From Mytilus edulis (taxonomy: Eukaryota): a DNA stretch of 64,000 bases. Positions 62,128-64,000 of this stretch are shown in pieces. Made by a program: the position numbers and the translations under genes. The stretch is taken from contig NC_092350.1 in NCBI RefSeq assembly GCF_963676685.1, forward strand, positions 77,190,001 to 77,254,000, in the 5' to 3' direction. The notes beneath the pieces are model-generated. The model ran no database searches. It was given only the letters and a program-made list of their open reading frames with translations, and was not told where the DNA came from. Position 1 is the first letter of the stretch. The number at the start of each line of letters is the position of its first letter.

Positions 62128-64000
62128 AACTAGAGGCTCTAAAGAGCCTGTGTCGCTCACCTTGGCCTATGTGAATATTAAACAAAGGAAGAAGATGGAT
62201 TCATGAAAAAATTGTGTCTTGGTGATGATAATGTGTTTGTACATCTTACTTTACTGAACATTCTTGCTGCTTACAATTATCTCTATCTATAATGAACTTG
62301 GCCCAGTAGTTTCAGTAAAAAATGTTTGTAAAAATTTACAAATTTTATGAAAATTGTTAAAAATTGACTATAAAGGACAATAACTCCTTAGGGGGTCAAT
62401 TGACCATTTCAGTCATGTTGACTTATTTGTAAATCTTACTTTGCTGTACATTATTGCTGTTTAAAGTTTATCTCTATCTATAATAATATTCAAGATAATA
62501 ACCCAAAACAGTAAAATTTCCTTAAAATTACCAATTTAGGGGCAGCAACCCAACAACGGGTTGTCCGATTCATTCGAAAATTTCAGGGCAGATAGATCTT
62601 GACCTGATAAACAATTCAAGATTACTAAGATTGATGAAAAATGGTTAAAAATTGACTATAAAGGGCAATAACTCCTAAAGGGGTCAACTGACCATTTCGG
62701 TCAAGTTCACTTATTTGTAAATCTTACTTTGCTGAACATTATTGCTGTTTACAGTTTATCTCTATCTATAATAATATTCAAGATAATAACCAAAAACAGC
62801 AAAATTTCCTTAAAATTACCAATTTAGGGGCAGCAACCCAACAACGGGTTGTCGGTTCATCTAAAAATTTGAGGGCAGATAGATCTTCACCTGATAAACA
62901 ATTTTACCCCATGTCAGATTTGCTCTAAATGCTTTGGTTTTTGAGTTATAAGCCAAAAACTGCATTTTACCCCTATGTTCTATTTTTAGCCATGGCGGCC
63001 ATCTTGGTTGGTTGGCCGGGTCACGCCACACATTTTTTAAACAAGTTACCCCTATAATGATTGTGGCCAAGTTTAGTTTAATTTGGCCCAGTAGTTTCAG
63101 AGAAGAAGATTTTTGTAAAAGATTACTAAGATTTACGAAAAAATGGTTAAAAATTGACTATAAAGGGCAATAACTCCTTCAGGGGTCAACTGACCATTTT
63201 GGTCATGTTGACTTATTTGTAAATCTTACTTTGCTGAACATTATTGCTGTTTACAGTTTATCTCTATCTATAATAATATTCAAGATAATAACCAAAAACA
63301 GCAAAATTTCCTTAAAATTACCAATTCAGGGGCAGCAATCCAACAACAGGTTGTCCGATTCATCTGAAAATTTCAGGACAGATAGATCTTGACCTGATAA
63401 ACACTTTAACCCATGTCAGATTTGCTCTAAATGCTTTGGTTTTTGAGTTATAAGCCAAAAACTGAATTTTACCCCTATGTTTTATTTTTAGCCATGGTGG
63501 CCATCTTGGTTGGTTGGCCGGATCACGCCACATATTTTTTAAACTAGATATCCCAAAGATGATTATGGCCAAGTTTGGATTAATTTGGCCCAGTAGTTTC
63601 AGAGGAGAAGATTTTTGTAAAAGATTACTAAGATTTACGAAAAATGGTTAAAAATTGACTATAAATTAAAGGTCAATAAGTCCTAAAGGGGTCAACTGAC
63701 CATTTTGATCATGTTGACTTATTTGTAAATCTTACTTTGCTGAACATTATTGCTGTTTACAGTTTATCTCTATCTATAATAATATTACAGATAATAGCCA
63801 AAAACAGCAAAAATTCCCAAAAATTACCAGTTCAGGGGCAGCAACCCAATAACGGGTTGTCGCATTCATTTGAAAATTTGAGGGCAAATAGATCTTGACC
63901 TGATAAACAATTTTACCCCCATGTCAGATTTGCTCTAAATGCTTTGGTTTTTTAGTTATAAGCCAAAAACTGCATTTTACCCCTATGTTCTTTTTTTAGC
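62128..64000 (-). mobile_element. HINE family C copy with expanded ~500-bp internal array, runs off the window
   Basis: Same terminus as 60166. ggcccagtagtttcaga recurs at ~63085 and ~63587. Confidence 0.85.

Noticed and set aside
31984-63572. Recurrent short ORFs (…NQPRWPPWLKIEHRGK…, …CKKKPCNVKNL…, poly-R, poly-A, poly-G peptides)
   Set aside because: All lie within non-coding HINE copies or microsatellites; no transposase or Rep/helicase motifs.

Overview
AT-rich animal genomic DNA whose repeat families look bivalve (Mytilus-like; inferred from repeat content, not proven). One long spliced gene lies on the minus strand (CDS 54223 to 8031). I assembled by hand 15 shared exons plus two alternative last coding exons; all junctions are GT-AG and phase-compatible, giving about 1108 or 1093 aa. 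The protein has a long head, a lamin-length (~360 aa) intermediate-filament rod, a ~200 aa P/Q/T/Y-rich linker, a lamin-tail domain of the LMNTD1 type and a long C-terminal extension. It has no CaaX box. Introns and flanks carry several kinds of repeat: at least six families of non-autonomous Helentron-like (HINE) elements, all in one orientation and forming a three-level nest at 30.4-34.6 kb; several MITEs with clear TSDs; a ~1.1 kb foldback palindrome; a 4.4 kb 65-bp minisatellite; five other minisatellites crowded around exons 11-15, one built from a splice-donor junction; two decayed hammerhead-ribozyme repeats; and a LINE 3' remnant. No prokaryotic features, rRNA, tRNA or CRISPR array were found.
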